The notes: generated by a model not told the origin, from the sequence alone. A stretch of 64,000 bases of DNA from Candidatus Poribacteria bacterium (GCA_965205015.1 OZ242029.1:5504001-5568000); one strand, 5' to 3'. Positions 30,692 to 40,793 are shown, counted from the stretch's first letter. Program-made: numbers and translations.

Positions 30692-31750
30692 ATGAAACCT
30701 GTAAAAGTAGGTGTAATCGGATGCGGTGTGATTGGCAGCAGACACCTCAGTATCGCATCAGAGGCATCACATATTGAGTTAGTTGCTGCAGCGGACCTCA
30801 TCGAGGAAAACAGAACACGTGCTGCAGAACGTTTCAACCCACCCAAAATGTATAGTAACGACGCTGATTTGCTCGACGATGATGATGTCGAAGCAGTTGT
30901 TCTTGCATTTCCGACGCAATACCGAACAGCCGTAGCCCTACGCGCATTTGAAAGGGGCAAGCATGTACTGATTGAAAAGCCGATCGCGATGAACGCCGCT
31001 GAGGTTGAACAACTCATCGCTGGACGGGGCGATTTAATCTCAGGGTGCTGTTCCTCACGGAAGCGTTTCACGGCATCCGCTCGGCTTGCAACACAACTCA
31101 TCACAAGCGGGGGTTTAGGAGAGCTCCGTACCGTTCACTGCCGCGCCATTGTCGGGGCAGGAAAAAAGCCGGACACTCCGCGTCCTGCCTGGCGGTTGAT
31201 TAAGGCTCTCAACGGTGGCGGGATCCTTGTTAACTGGGGATGCTACGACCTCGACTACCTACTCGGCATCACAGGATGGCAACTCAAGCCACAGACTGTA
31301 TTTGCGCAAACGTGGACCGTGCCTCAAGTATTTGAATCGCATATCGCTTCCGGTTCCGATGCTGAAACGCACTATACCGCAATTATCCGTTGTGAGGACG
31401 GTATTGTGCTAAGCGTGGAACGCGGTGAATTCATGACGATGCATTCGCACGCAGAATGGGAAATTATCGGCACGGACGGCTCCCTTAAACTGAATATGCA
31501 GGACGGGAAACCGGAAAGCGTCCTCCATAACCGCACCACAACAGAAGGGGGTGTGGCGTCTACATCTCTCACGGAAGCGGACAAAACTGCCGAAACGGAA
31601 CACAGCACACCGTTGTCTGACTTCGCTGCCGCTATCCGCGAGAACCGACAACCCTCGACCAGTCTGGAAAAAGCCCTTGTTGTCCAGAAAATAACCGATG
31701 CAATCTACGCTTCCGCAGAAACAGGAAATGCTGCGGAAATAGGGGGATAA
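30692..31750 (+). CDS. Gfo/Idh/MocA family oxidoreductase
   Basis: VGVIGCGVIG, GKHVLIEKP, GGGILVNWGCY. Confidence 0.9.
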   Translation: MKPVKVGVIGCGVIGSRHLSIASEASHIELVAAADLIEENRTRAAERFNPPKMYSNDADLLDDDDVEAVVLAFPTQYRTAVALRAFERGKHVLIEKPIAMNAAEVEQLIAGRGDLISGCCSSRKRFTASARLATQLITSGGLGELRTVHCRAIVGAGKKPDTPRPAWRLIKALNGGGILVNWGCYDLDYLLGITGWQLKPQTVFAQTWTVPQVFESHIASGSDAETHYTAIIRCEDGIVLSVERGEFMTMHSHAEWEIIGTDGSLKLNMQDGKPESVLHNRTTTEGGVASTSLTEADKTAETEHSTPLSDFAAAIRENRQPSTSLEKALVVQKITDAIYASAETGNAAEIGG

Positions 31751-31751
31751 T

Positions 31752-32510
31752 ATGAAATTCCGTGGATTCACAATATTATGCAGTATTTGCTGCAGTCTCA
31801 TTGTCATCTCAGTTGGCAATGCCGAAATTAACATCGACGACTTTGCTGGCATCTGGCTCTTTGATGAAGGTAAAGGATCAGTTGTTAAAGATTTCACCGA
31901 GAACGGGAACGATGGGGAATTTGATGGACCTAAATGGATCAATGGAAAGTTCGGCAAAGCACTGGAATTTGATGGAAGCCCGAAATATGTTATTATTGAG
32001 CATAACGACCTCTTCAACTTTGAAGATGATGATTTTACCGTCGGATGTTGGATGAACTCGGAAAATAAAGATGCCTATGTCGTGATTAAACGGAACGGCG
32101 GTGCTGGGTTCTGGGCAATGAGTTCAAGTATTGACAGAGACACCGGTTTCTTTATCTTCGAGGGGGGTGGAAACCACATTGACGACGGTAAAACCGATAT
32201 CGTTGGAAACGGTTGGCATCACACTGTCGCCGTTCGCAAGAAAGGCGTTATCTCTTTGTATGTGAACGGCAAAAAGGAAACAGAACGGAACGTCGGCGCA
32301 AACATGGATAATCCTGCTATTCTGAAGTTCGGCGGTTGGGGTAGTGAAAACCTCGTTGGCGGATTAGATGAGGTCTTTATCACGAAAAAAGGCGTGGCGT
32401 TAGAAGAGGAGGACATCCAGCTCCTCGCCGAGGAAGGTTGGGAGACGGCATTAGATGTTTCGGCGAAAGGTAAGTTAGCGACGACTTGGGCGACCTTGAA
32501 AGCCCAATAG
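31752..32510 (+). CDS. Secreted LamG-like protein with TTW motif
   Basis: WLFDEGKG, GKFGKALEFDG, WHHTVAV; ends VSAKGKLATTWATLK. Confidence 0.85.
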   Translation: MKFRGFTILCSICCSLIVISVGNAEINIDDFAGIWLFDEGKGSVVKDFTENGNDGEFDGPKWINGKFGKALEFDGSPKYVIIEHNDLFNFEDDDFTVGCWMNSENKDAYVVIKRNGGAGFWAMSSSIDRDTGFFIFEGGGNHIDDGKTDIVGNGWHHTVAVRKKGVISLYVNGKKETERNVGANMDNPAILKFGGWGSENLVGGLDEVFITKKGVALEEEDIQLLAEEGWETALDVSAKGKLATTWATLKAQ

Positions 32511-32557
32511 ATGCCGGTCCGTTCTCAACGGGGCACACAACATAGAAATAGCACAAA

Positions 32558-33037
32558 ATGCAGACAAATTCCAGTGTCCACCTCTCTGAAAGCCACCTTC
32601 TGACGCAAGCGTTTCAAGAAAACCGGAACCTCGTGGTACTGGTCACCTATGCTGGCAAACGATATGTTAGGATTCGCAAGGTGACCCAGTACAATCTCTT
32701 GATTCAAGACGAGTTACCGATCTCCAAATTAGAGGTTGTTATGGCTTACCCTACCGACGCCCAGACGCTTATGAAGTCTGATCACCTGATTGACGATCAG
32801 GTAAAAACCCTAAACCAGAAACCGATCAAAAAAATCCGTGACCGGAAAATCGTTAACATGGTCGCGGCTGTTGGTGATCCGGTTAGGATCGTCCTGCGGA
32901 CTGGCGATGTTATCACAGGGTTCTGTAGATGGGTTTCGCGATACAATATCTTGCTGAACGTTAGAGGTGCCTTTGTGCTGATCTATAAGCACGGCATTCA
33001 TGAATTGAAGAATTACAGAACACCACCCTCCAATTAG
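32558..33037 (+). CDS. Hypothetical protein with Hfq/Sm-like domain(s)
   Basis: C-half VRIVLRTGDVITG...YNILL...LIYKHGI resembles Hfq Sm1/Sm2 (VYKHAI). Confidence 0.6.
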   Translation: MQTNSSVHLSESHLLTQAFQENRNLVVLVTYAGKRYVRIRKVTQYNLLIQDELPISKLEVVMAYPTDAQTLMKSDHLIDDQVKTLNQKPIKKIRDRKIVNMVAAVGDPVRIVLRTGDVITGFCRWVSRYNILLNVRGAFVLIYKHGIHELKNYRTPPSN

Positions 33038-33080
33038 AAAGACCCACTCTATTCTTTCACCTCTGTCCCGTGAGGATATT

Positions 33081-33106
33081 GGCGGGAACATGTTCCCGCC
33101 CTTTTT
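33081..33106 (+). terminator. Intrinsic terminator
   Basis: GGCGGGAAC/GTTCCCGCC stem + CTTTTT between convergent genes. Confidence 0.65.
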
Positions 33107-33108
33107 AT

Positions 33109-34095
33109 TTATACGAAAAATTTCTCAGCCACCTCGGTTTTAAAATTCTTGCCCATCACTCGGTAGCCCTCCGCATCTGGGTGTAGGGCATCTGGGAGCA
33201 GATGCTCGTAATCCGTCCCAAACACACGCAACCCGTCAATGTAATGGACGTGTCGATCACCGTGTGATTGAAGTGCCTCGGCAGCGGCTTGTACCTCTTC
33301 ACGCATCCCCTTGAGATGAAATCCTACGGCGTTTGGATTCTCCTCCCTCGGCGGAGAATAGATAGGAGACATCAGAACGAGCGGTATATCTGGATGTTTC
33401 TCACGGACAATTTGGACGGCTCCGATAATTGCGGGACGAAACGCTCGCGGTCCCAAACTGGAGGCACCTTGGATGTTAATGCCGAGACACATCGAGATAT
33501 AATCGGCAGGCAGATCGCGGATCATCCGTGCCACCATGGCATCGAGATGGCACTGTCCACCGTAACCGAGACAGGTTAAATTCAAGCCGTGTTGACGTGC
33601 GACAATCGCGGGCCACGTCTGTGTCGGCGATGCCGCCGTCCGGCACTGTGTGATAGAACTCCCATACGTCACCCACCGAGGTCGAGCGTCGGCGAACGGG
33701 TGCAGCGTCGCGCTATCCTCTATTTCCAAGTTGCGAAGTTGAAAACTTCCGAATTGCGGTAGCCACACCTCAATCAATTTTTCCTTATCGGACAACCCCT
33801 CAAAAGTGAAGGTATCTTTTTGCGTCAGGTCAAGCGAGGCTACGATTTCACCATCACAACAGAGATCCAGCATCCCACTCTCTTTCTGTGGCACGATATT
33901 GCCCGAAATCCGCGTCGTATTGCTCCGAAAACTGATACGAACCCCCGCGGGCATCGCTGAGCGTTCCAGTAACGGCTTTGGGAATAAGACATGCATCGGG
34001 TGCGGTGTGCGCCACGGCATCACCCACTCCTCAGTCTTGTGTAGGGAGACAGCACCCTGCCAAGTTAATTGCGGTGCATCCGGCTTCAGTTGCAT
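33109..34095 (-). CDS. SGNH/GDSL hydrolase
   Basis: YGSSITQ, LGIN, DALHP motifs. Confidence 0.88.
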   Translation of the reverse strand: MQLKPDAPQLTWQGAVSLHKTEEWVMPWRTPHPMHVLFPKPLLERSAMPAGVRISFRSNTTRISGNIVPQKESGMLDLCCDGEIVASLDLTQKDTFTFEGLSDKEKLIEVWLPQFGSFQLRNLEIEDSATLHPFADARPRWVTYGSSITQCRTAASPTQTWPAIVARQHGLNLTCLGYGGQCHLDAMVARMIRDLPADYISMCLGINIQGASSLGPRAFRPAIIGAVQIVREKHPDIPLVLMSPIYSPPREENPNAVGFHLKGMREEVQAAAEALQSHGDRHVHYIDGLRVFGTDYEHLLPDALHPDAEGYRVMGKNFKTEVAEKFFV

Positions 34096-34121
34096 CGTAT
34101 TTCTCCTTCACCTATAAGTAG

Positions 34122-34934
34122 CTACATGGCATCAACTAAGGTGCGCAGTTGCTGCACACCCTTCAACATATCCTCTGGTTGCCCCCAATGTTCAATGCTT
34201 GCTGCACCCGTGAATCCATCAGCGACAAGCGTTTCCAATAACTGTTTATAGTGCAGTCCTGTGTCGCCAATCGGATCCAGGTTTTTCTCACTGTTGGGTT
34301 TCACATGGACGTGCCGCACCAGTCCCTTAATATGGGAGTACCCATCCGGCAAGGGATTTTCTCCACAGTGTAGTCCGTTATTGACATCCCAGCACGAGGT
34401 GAGAGCGGGACTATTGCCGAGCGCCGTGATGACGGCACGGGTCTCCTCACAGGTTCCGGCGAGACAGGCACTTTCGTTTTCAAAGCACAGCGTAACGTTC
34501 CCGCTCTCTGCAACCGGAACGACAAGAGAGAGTTTCTCGACAATGCGTTCCATATAGTCGTTAATATCCGGGCGCGGTGCCCCTTTCGTTCGACGATTTG
34601 GGTTCCAAAACGTAAATCCTCGAATGACTTGGGTATCAAATGCGTGTGCCAATGTCACCATCCGGTCAAAGTGTCGTCGATGCTGCTCATACTCCTCCGA
34701 ATCGTCAATGGCGCATTTACCGAAGGGGGATCCGACACTCGCAACACGTACGTTATAAGTGCTGAGTACATCCTGAATACGTTTGACATCGTCATCATCA
34801 ATCTCGGTCACGTGTTTTCCCCAAACACCGCCGCGGATTTCGACGGTATTTGCGCCGGCTTCAACACCGAGTTTAATGGCTTCCTCGAAATCGGTTTTAG
34901 AAACCTCGTCCGCAAAATAGCAAACATCAATCAT
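34122..34934 (-). CDS. Sugar phosphate isomerase/epimerase (TIM barrel)
   Basis: FADE, GSPFGK, FENE, WDVNN, HVHVK. Confidence 0.85.
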   Translation of the reverse strand: MIDVCYFADEVSKTDFEEAIKLGVEAGANTVEIRGGVWGKHVTEIDDDDVKRIQDVLSTYNVRVASVGSPFGKCAIDDSEEYEQHRRHFDRMVTLAHAFDTQVIRGFTFWNPNRRTKGAPRPDINDYMERIVEKLSLVVPVAESGNVTLCFENESACLAGTCEETRAVITALGNSPALTSCWDVNNGLHCGENPLPDGYSHIKGLVRHVHVKPNSEKNLDPIGDTGLHYKQLLETLVADGFTGAASIEHWGQPEDMLKGVQQLRTLVDAM

Positions 34935-34950
34935 TTTATAAAGATTCCTC

Positions 34951-35580
34951 CTAAAATTTCTTTAATTGTGCCAGTATTGGCTCAGCACCGATACGTTTAC
35001 CATTCTTGACATCAAGGTATTTCCACGCGATGTTACCATCCTGATTAACAATATAGGTCGTTGGACGTGCCACCTCGACCTCACTCGGATCAACCACATT
35101 ATAAGCCTCAATCGTCTTCGTGTTTTCATCCGAGAGCAAGAGATAGGTGATTTGAAGCATCTGCTGCGTTGAATTAGCATCCGCTATAGGATCGGAACTG
35201 ATAGCGATAAGTTCGGCACCTTCGGCTTGAATCTCTTCATAACCTTCCTGCAACTCACCGAGTTGCGTTCGACAGTCGCCTCATGTGCCGGTCCGGTAGA
35301 AAACAATAACGAGTTTCTGCCCGCGATACTCCGAAAGCGTATGGAATTCCCCATCACCATCTGGAAGTGAGAAGTCGGGTGCGAGTGCTCCGAGGTCCAA
35401 CCCTTCGCCCATTGGGAGTTTTTTCGCTGCGTCCTCTGGGGCTGTTACAACGTGGGTCGCCCGTTCTGCGTTGTCACAAGCGAGGCATAAGAAAATAATC
35501 ACAGTACACAGAACTGAGAAACCCGCTAAAGTCGCCTTCCTCGAAAATGGCGATCTCAGTTTTATAATCCAATTGTCCAT
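34951..35580 (-). CDS. Peroxiredoxin-like (AhpC/TSA) selenoprotein, predicted lipoprotein; UGA at 35283-35281 = Sec
   Basis: ORFs 35281..35595 and 34951..35253 are in frame across one TGA: APDFSLPD...VIVFYRTGT-U-GDCRTQLGELQ...LIAISSD...ARPTTYIV; hairpin downstream; LAC lipobox; ATG overlaps the sulfatase stop (TGATG). Confidence 0.85.
35250..35266 (-). promoter_or_regulatory. SECIS-like hairpin
   Basis: GCAACTC-GGT-GAGTTGC perfect 7-bp stem beginning after a 14-nt spacer 3' of the UGA. Confidence 0.75.
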
Positions 35581-36911
35581 CAGTTTCGATTGCATGTTTC
35601 AGGTCTCCCTTCATCGGCTTGTGCGTGCATCCAGTGCCGGACATCGGCGCGCATCTCTTCAAGAATTGGACGCATTTCCGCACTGAACGCCAAATTGTTG
35701 AACTCATACGGATCCGTCGTCACATCATATAATTCCTCTACCGGGTGATGCTGCGTGAGATAAACGAGTTCTGCCGTTTGCGGATCGGTCTCGGCTTTCT
35801 CTACCCAACTGTTCCACACCTCGGCGTGGCTTTCTGGAATGCCTGCAACCTCAGTGAAGTGGGTTGTCCATCTGTTTTCGGGCATCAGGTTCAAGATGTA
35901 TTTATAGCGGGTAGTGCGAACACAGCGCTGTGGGAATACATTCATATCTCCGTCGCGGGTATGCGTGCCATAGATTTTATCGCGGAAAGTCGTTTGTCGT
36001 CCGAGCAGGACATTCTTAAAACTGCTGCCGTCCAAACCGTCCAAGGGTTCACCACCAGCGATCTCTATAAGCGTCGGAAAGAAATCAACGTGTGAAACCA
36101 TCGCGTCCGAGACAGTGTCGGCTGGGATCTCGCCGCGCCATTTGGCGAGAAAGGGTAGACGGATACCGGTGTCATATAAAGTCCATTTGCAGTGGGGCCA
36201 CTCGGCACCGTGATCGGTCGTGTAGATGAAGAGTGTATTGTCGGCATATCCGTGTGTCTCTAACATTTTATTTACTGCGCCGATGCGGGCATCCATTGTT
36301 GTGATGTCTTGATAGTAATTGGCAAGCGCATTTCGAGCGATGGGCGTATCAGCGATATAGGGCGGTAGCGGCAAAGTGTCTGGATTATAAATTTTGTTCG
36401 GTTCCCATGTGACATGCGGATTGCTATCACCGAGGATGAGACAGATGGGTTGATCCGGATTCTCCCGTCGATGGCTTGAAAGAAAACGTTCAACCGGGGC
36501 GGTATCAAGTCCTTCTGCCCGATACTTCCGATCATGCTCGGCACGCTTTGGCAGGAAACCCCCGATATACTCAAAATCGAAGAGAGGCTCCGGTTTCACA
36601 TGCGTTTTACCGGCGATCGCCACGCGATAACCGAGCTCTCGAAGTGTCCGTGGTAAGGCTTTAAGATGAGCGTGGCACTCCGTATGATTGCCCATTGCAC
36701 CGTGTCGAGCTGGATATAACCCCGTATACAGGGTGGAACGAGACGGCGCACATGTCGGTGTCGGTGTGAAAGCGTGTGTAAAACGGACTCCTTCCTCGGC
36801 GAGACGATCTAAATGTGGCGTTTGGATCTGGGCATTTCCGTAACAACCGAGGTATTCCCAGCCGTGATCATCGGACAGGTAGACAACGATATTTGGCTTC
36901 TTTGATGGCAT
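35580..36911 (-). CDS. Sulfatase (sulfamidase-like)
   Basis: PNIVVYLSDD, CAPSRSTLYTG, TDHG, EELYD. Confidence 0.9.
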   Translation of the reverse strand: MPSKKPNIVVYLSDDHGWEYLGCYGNAQIQTPHLDRLAEEGVRFTHAFTPTPTCAPSRSTLYTGLYPARHGAMGNHTECHAHLKALPRTLRELGYRVAIAGKTHVKPEPLFDFEYIGGFLPKRAEHDRKYRAEGLDTAPVERFLSSHRRENPDQPICLILGDSNPHVTWEPNKIYNPDTLPLPPYIADTPIARNALANYYQDITTMDARIGAVNKMLETHGYADNTLFIYTTDHGAEWPHCKWTLYDTGIRLPFLAKWRGEIPADTVSDAMVSHVDFFPTLIEIAGGEPLDGLDGSSFKNVLLGRQTTFRDKIYGTHTRDGDMNVFPQRCVRTTRYKYILNLMPENRWTTHFTEVAGIPESHAEVWNSWVEKAETDPQTAELVYLTQHHPVEELYDVTTDPYEFNNLAFSAEMRPILEEMRADVRHWMHAQADEGRPETCNRN

Positions 36912-36915
36912 TATG

Positions 36916-37773
36916 TTAGTCGTCCTTAGCAGATGGAAACGGTTTCGGTTTTTCAGGATCTTCGATTTTCATCTCGACGGTTTCCGGTGGAAATTGTGTG
37001 CAGACCGCGCCGTCTTTCATTACCCATCGGAAATTGTGCCAGAAGCGTTTGCTTGTCTTGACGATTTCTGGATTCGTATAGACACCTGCGATAGCAATAC
37101 GGCTCTTTTCACTCTTGTTCGGCGGACTATAGTGCCACATACTACTGTGCCAAATGACGGCATCCCCGGTACCCAATTCAATATGGTGTATGCCCCGCTT
37201 TTCGATCATCTCATGAACGGCTTCCCTTGGCAATTCACCGTGTATGCTATCGGGATACAAGACGTGTTCAACAATCTCGGTTTTGTGGCTGCCAGGAATG
37301 AATTGCATGCACCCATTCTCTCGCGTCGCAGGTTCAAGCGGTATCCAGAAGTTGAAAGGCTCCGTTTCACCGTCCCGCCAGAGTCCGTTGTCTTGGTGCC
37401 ACGGCGTTGCAGCACCAGTGCGTGCTGGTTTGAGGAAGCAGCTATTGAACTTCATGATGATATCGTCGCCGAGGAAATAGCGTGCAATATTGAGAACTGT
37501 CGGCGCAGCATGCACGTTGTGCCATATCAGCGGCGATTCGACACAGAAGTTAGCGAGTTTTCGAAAGCGTGCGATGCGCCCTTGTGGTGAGTCGTCCATC
37601 GGATCCATAGGATCGTAATCGGCGAACTCGCCGGCGTTGGGCAGCATAAGGACGTTACGAATGACGCCGCGGAGTTGTGCTGCTAAATCTTCTGAGATAA
37701 TATTACGAAGGATAAAGTAGCCTTCGGTCTCGTATTGCGTTTTTTGTTCGACGGTTGGTTGCCATCGCTTCAT
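36916..37773 (-). CDS. Phytanoyl-CoA dioxygenase (PhyH) family protein
   Basis: TPWHQD, ENGCMQFIPGSHK, WHYSPPNKS. Confidence 0.9.
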   Translation of the reverse strand: MKRWQPTVEQKTQYETEGYFILRNIISEDLAAQLRGVIRNVLMLPNAGEFADYDPMDPMDDSPQGRIARFRKLANFCVESPLIWHNVHAAPTVLNIARYFLGDDIIMKFNSCFLKPARTGAATPWHQDNGLWRDGETEPFNFWIPLEPATRENGCMQFIPGSHKTEIVEHVLYPDSIHGELPREAVHEMIEKRGIHHIELGTGDAVIWHSSMWHYSPPNKSEKSRIAIAGVYTNPEIVKTSKRFWHNFRWVMKDGAVCTQFPPETVEMKIEDPEKPKPFPSAKDD

Positions 37774-37863
37774 TGGAATGTTCCTTCTCCCGTTGTTGAC
37801 CGGTGGACGTGTGATGAATCGCACGACTACAAACCTACTCTCAAGCTCAAAGTGGACAAAACA

Positions 37864-38454
37864 CTACGCAAAGAGGTCTTGAACCTGACATTGAAACCCT
37901 TCGACAACGTCCCCGCCATCAAGGATGTCAGTTCCACGTAAAACGGTAAAATCCTCGTTGGAGCGATACACCTCCACTGTTTCCCGTCGTGGATTGATGA
38001 CCCATACCATTGCACAACCCGCAGTTAACCACTCTTCCACCTTTTCAGCAACCTCGGCGTAGGTATCGCCAGGGGAGATGACTTCAACAGCCAAATCCGG
38101 AGCCCCCTCCCAATAACCCTTGACGATACCTTGACCTTCAACCGAGGCTTGTCGAACAAAAGCGGCATCTGGTGCGCGCACTGTATCAGGATTTTGGGCA
38201 ATCTTAAAACCTGTTTCGGCACCGCAAACATATCCTAATTGATGTGCTCTCACATGCACGTTAAGTTTGCTTCCAATTTCAGCAGCGCAGATGCCATGCT
38301 CAAATCCAGCAGGTGGCATTTTTTGCAGTACTCCTTTCACGAGCTCATAGCGAGTGCCATCATCGGGCTGCTTGGCGAGATCATCAGCCGTTAAAAGATT
38401 GTGTTGCGCAGCTGGCAATGTAGGTTTGGGTTGATTCATCCGCGGGTCTGCCAC
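37864..38454 (-). CDS. Uma2 (DUF820) family endonuclease
   Basis: RYELVKG, VRAPDAAF, APDLAVEVISP; GTG start after AAGGAGG. Confidence 0.88.
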   Translation of the reverse strand: MADPRMNQPKPTLPAAQHNLLTADDLAKQPDDGTRYELVKGVLQKMPPAGFEHGICAAEIGSKLNVHVRAHQLGYVCGAETGFKIAQNPDTVRAPDAAFVRQASVEGQGIVKGYWEGAPDLAVEVISPGDTYAEVAEKVEEWLTAGCAMVWVINPRRETVEVYRSNEDFTVLRGTDILDGGDVVEGFQCQVQDLFA

Positions 38455-38532
38455 GATGCCCTCCTTAAGAGAATATTTAACAATCTTTGGCTTCTTATAT
38501 GATAACACTTGCAAGCACATCTATCAACTGCC

Positions 38533-39279
38533 TCAGCGACTCTTGAGGCGTCCCCAAGTGGTCGTGAGCAGACCGTTTGGAGAGACGGGTAGGACGGCTT
38601 CCACGCCTTTCATCAACTCAGCAATTTCTGCCTCCGTGATACCGCGGTCAAAGAAGATGACCTCGTCCAATCTACCGATAAACTTCTCACCGCCGAAGGT
38701 GCCAAACAGCAGTTCACCTGCCTGGTCTACATCACCGCCCTGTTTGACGGCAGATTCAAGCGCGCCGTCTACATAAAGTTTCATCTCACTGCCGTCGTAA
38801 AGTCCAACGATGTGATACCATTTTTCGGGGTCGATGACGGATGTTCCCCAGACACCGCCGGTAAATCCACCGCCCGACCAGATGCCAAAGACATAGCCGC
38901 CCGGTACTCGTTCAGTCGCTGATTGGACCTCCAATAGATAAGAACCGTTTCGTCGAATAGCGGTATCGGAAACGCCTTTATTCATATAGACCCACGTTGC
39001 GATAGTCATCTGGTCCTTGAAATTGATGCTATCGGAAGGTTCAACAGTCACAACATGCGGTGGTTCAAATTCCAACGCACCGCCGAATTTACCTTCTGCC
39101 CACTTCGCACCAGTGATTGCACCGTCGTTCCCGTTGCCCGAGGTATCCGCTGCAGTATTGCCGTTCCCTTCATCAAAAAGCCAGATGCCGACTGCATCGT
39201 CCAGCAGCTCAGCCGAAAGTTGACTTGTTGCCATACACAACAAGCCTCCAATGATCACAAACCAAAATATTCGTTTCAT
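38533..39279 (-). CDS. Secreted LamG-like protein with TTW motif
   Basis: WLFDEGNG, WYHIVGLYDG, LDEV; ends PVSPNGLLTTTWGRLK. Confidence 0.85.
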   Translation of the reverse strand: MKRIFWFVIIGGLLCMATSQLSAELLDDAVGIWLFDEGNGNTAADTSGNGNDGAITGAKWAEGKFGGALEFEPPHVVTVEPSDSINFKDQMTIATWVYMNKGVSDTAIRRNGSYLLEVQSATERVPGGYVFGIWSGGGFTGGVWGTSVIDPEKWYHIVGLYDGSEMKLYVDGALESAVKQGGDVDQAGELLFGTFGGEKFIGRLDEVIFFDRGITEAEIAELMKGVEAVLPVSPNGLLTTTWGRLKSR

Positions 39280-39535
39280 TTTCTTTCCCCCTGATATACG
39301 AGTTTAGCAGAAAGGGGAAAATGTGTCAAGGGATAGCGATCACCTGAATCAGGATTTTAGGATTGGTAGGACAAACTCGTCTGAATCGCGGATTGCACAG
39401 ATGAAGCAGATGACGCGGATTTAAGTATTTTTTATTCAATACCTATTCTTCCATAGAGGCAACATGATTTTCGGTTGAATTATTTAGGAAAGCGTGATAA
39501 ATTGAAAGAAACAGTATTGCTATGCGAATTGAAAA

Positions 39536-40276
39536 ATGCTAACGCAAGAAATGGTAGCCGATGTCCCTTCGGATCCGGGTGTTTATTTTTTTCGCGGGGC
39601 TTCGGGGAAAATCCTTTACATCGGCAAGGCGAAATGTCTACGAAAACGCGTCCGCTCCTATCTCCATAAGGTCAAAAGACGTCCAAACAAAATCAAACGG
39701 CTCATCCGGTGGACAACAGATGTCCGGTATCAGGTCTGTCGTTCGGAACAGGAAGCACTCTTCTTAGAATCGCGGCTCATCCAAGAGTATCAACCTTCCT
39801 ATAACACCGCGCTGAAGTTTGGACGGACCTCTTGGTATATTCGGATAGATATCGGAGAGGCTTTTCCGCGCCTTGAAAGAGTCCCCGAAACACAGCCAGA
39901 TGGTGCGAGATATTTCGGTCCGTTGTCGAGTCGGCGATGGACAGATGAAGCCATTGACGTTTTACAGCGGATCTTTCCGGTGCGGACCTGCGAAGGTGAG
40001 ATTACACCGATACCGGGATTTCGTGCCTGTTTTCAGTATCACCTAAAACGCTGCGATGCGCCTTGTGCTGCACGCATCACGCGTGAGCTTTATGGAGAAA
40101 TGATAACGGATATCGTCAATTTGCTGGATGGGGAGTATGAAGCAGTACAAACAAGTCTGGTCTCGAAACGAGATGGAGCATCAGAGACACTGCAATTTGA
40201 GCGGGCTGCTGCGTTTCAAAAGCAGTTGCAGCGGATTCAGAAGGTCTTTACGTTTTTAGATGTCCACCGGAGGTAG
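39536..40276 (+). CDS. GIY-YIG nuclease with UVR domain (UvrC N-terminal/Cho-like)
   Basis: PGVYFF..ILYIGKAKCLRKRVRSY, EALFLE, PSYN, YFGP, Cys cluster, LQFERAA; lacks the RNase H and HhH half. Confidence 0.85.
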   Translation: MLTQEMVADVPSDPGVYFFRGASGKILYIGKAKCLRKRVRSYLHKVKRRPNKIKRLIRWTTDVRYQVCRSEQEALFLESRLIQEYQPSYNTALKFGRTSWYIRIDIGEAFPRLERVPETQPDGARYFGPLSSRRWTDEAIDVLQRIFPVRTCEGEITPIPGFRACFQYHLKRCDAPCAARITRELYGEMITDIVNLLDGEYEAVQTSLVSKRDGASETLQFERAAAFQKQLQRIQKVFTFLDVHRR

Positions 40277-40333
40277 ATTTTGGGGTATTTGGTGTGCAAT
40301 TTGGACGGATTTGTATTAATTTGAAAAAAAATC

Positions 40334-40362
40334 TTGCCTAAAAAATTAATACGTGTTAGAAT
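40334..40362 (+). promoter_or_regulatory. sigma70 promoter of the first HMA gene
   Basis: TTGCCT-N17-TAGAAT with TG extension; AAGGAGG RBS downstream. Confidence 0.55.
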
Positions 40363-40392
40363 AACGAATAAGTAATTCAAGGAGGTTAACCC

Positions 40393-40779
40393 ATGCATAT
40401 CGCAAGATTATCGCTTATTTGTCTTATTGCTTTCGTATTCATGGTAGGCTGTGGTCTGATTGGGAAAGAAGCAGAGATGCCTGAAACCACCACAGCTGCT
40501 ATGGACGGTGCTGAAATGAAATCCGACATGAAGACGGATGGCGACATGATGGAAGCCGCCGTTGAAGAAGTTACACTGAACGTTACAGGGATGACGTGAG
40601 GCGCGTGTACCAGCAAGGTGCAGGATGCACTCAGTAAAGTCGTCGGGGTTTCTGAAGTGGTCAGTGTTTCTTCAACGGATAACACGGCTGTTGTGAAGGT
40701 TGAGAAAGGTAAAGTTAAGTCTGCCGATCTCACGACAGCAGTTCAAGGTGCCGGCTTCAGTGCCGAAGTCGCTCAATAA
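40393..40779 (+). CDS. HMA (CopZ/MerP-like) selenoprotein lipoprotein 1; UGA 40597-40599 = Sec
   Basis: VTLNVTGMT-U-GACTSKVQDALSKVVGVSEV...AVQGAGFSAEVAQ; frame open to TAA 40777-79; MVGC lipobox; Met-rich linker. Confidence 0.88.
40617..40631 (+). promoter_or_regulatory. SECIS-like hairpin
   Basis: GGTGCA-GGA-TGCACT after a 17-nt spacer 3' of the UGA. Confidence 0.7.
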
Positions 40780-40793
40780 GGCTGAATCGGAGG

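Noticed and set aside
39536-40276. Calling this gene uvrC or a truncated pseudogene
   Set aside because: It lacks the C-terminal half but ends cleanly after the UVR domain; stand-alone Cho-like proteins are known, so no symbol was assigned
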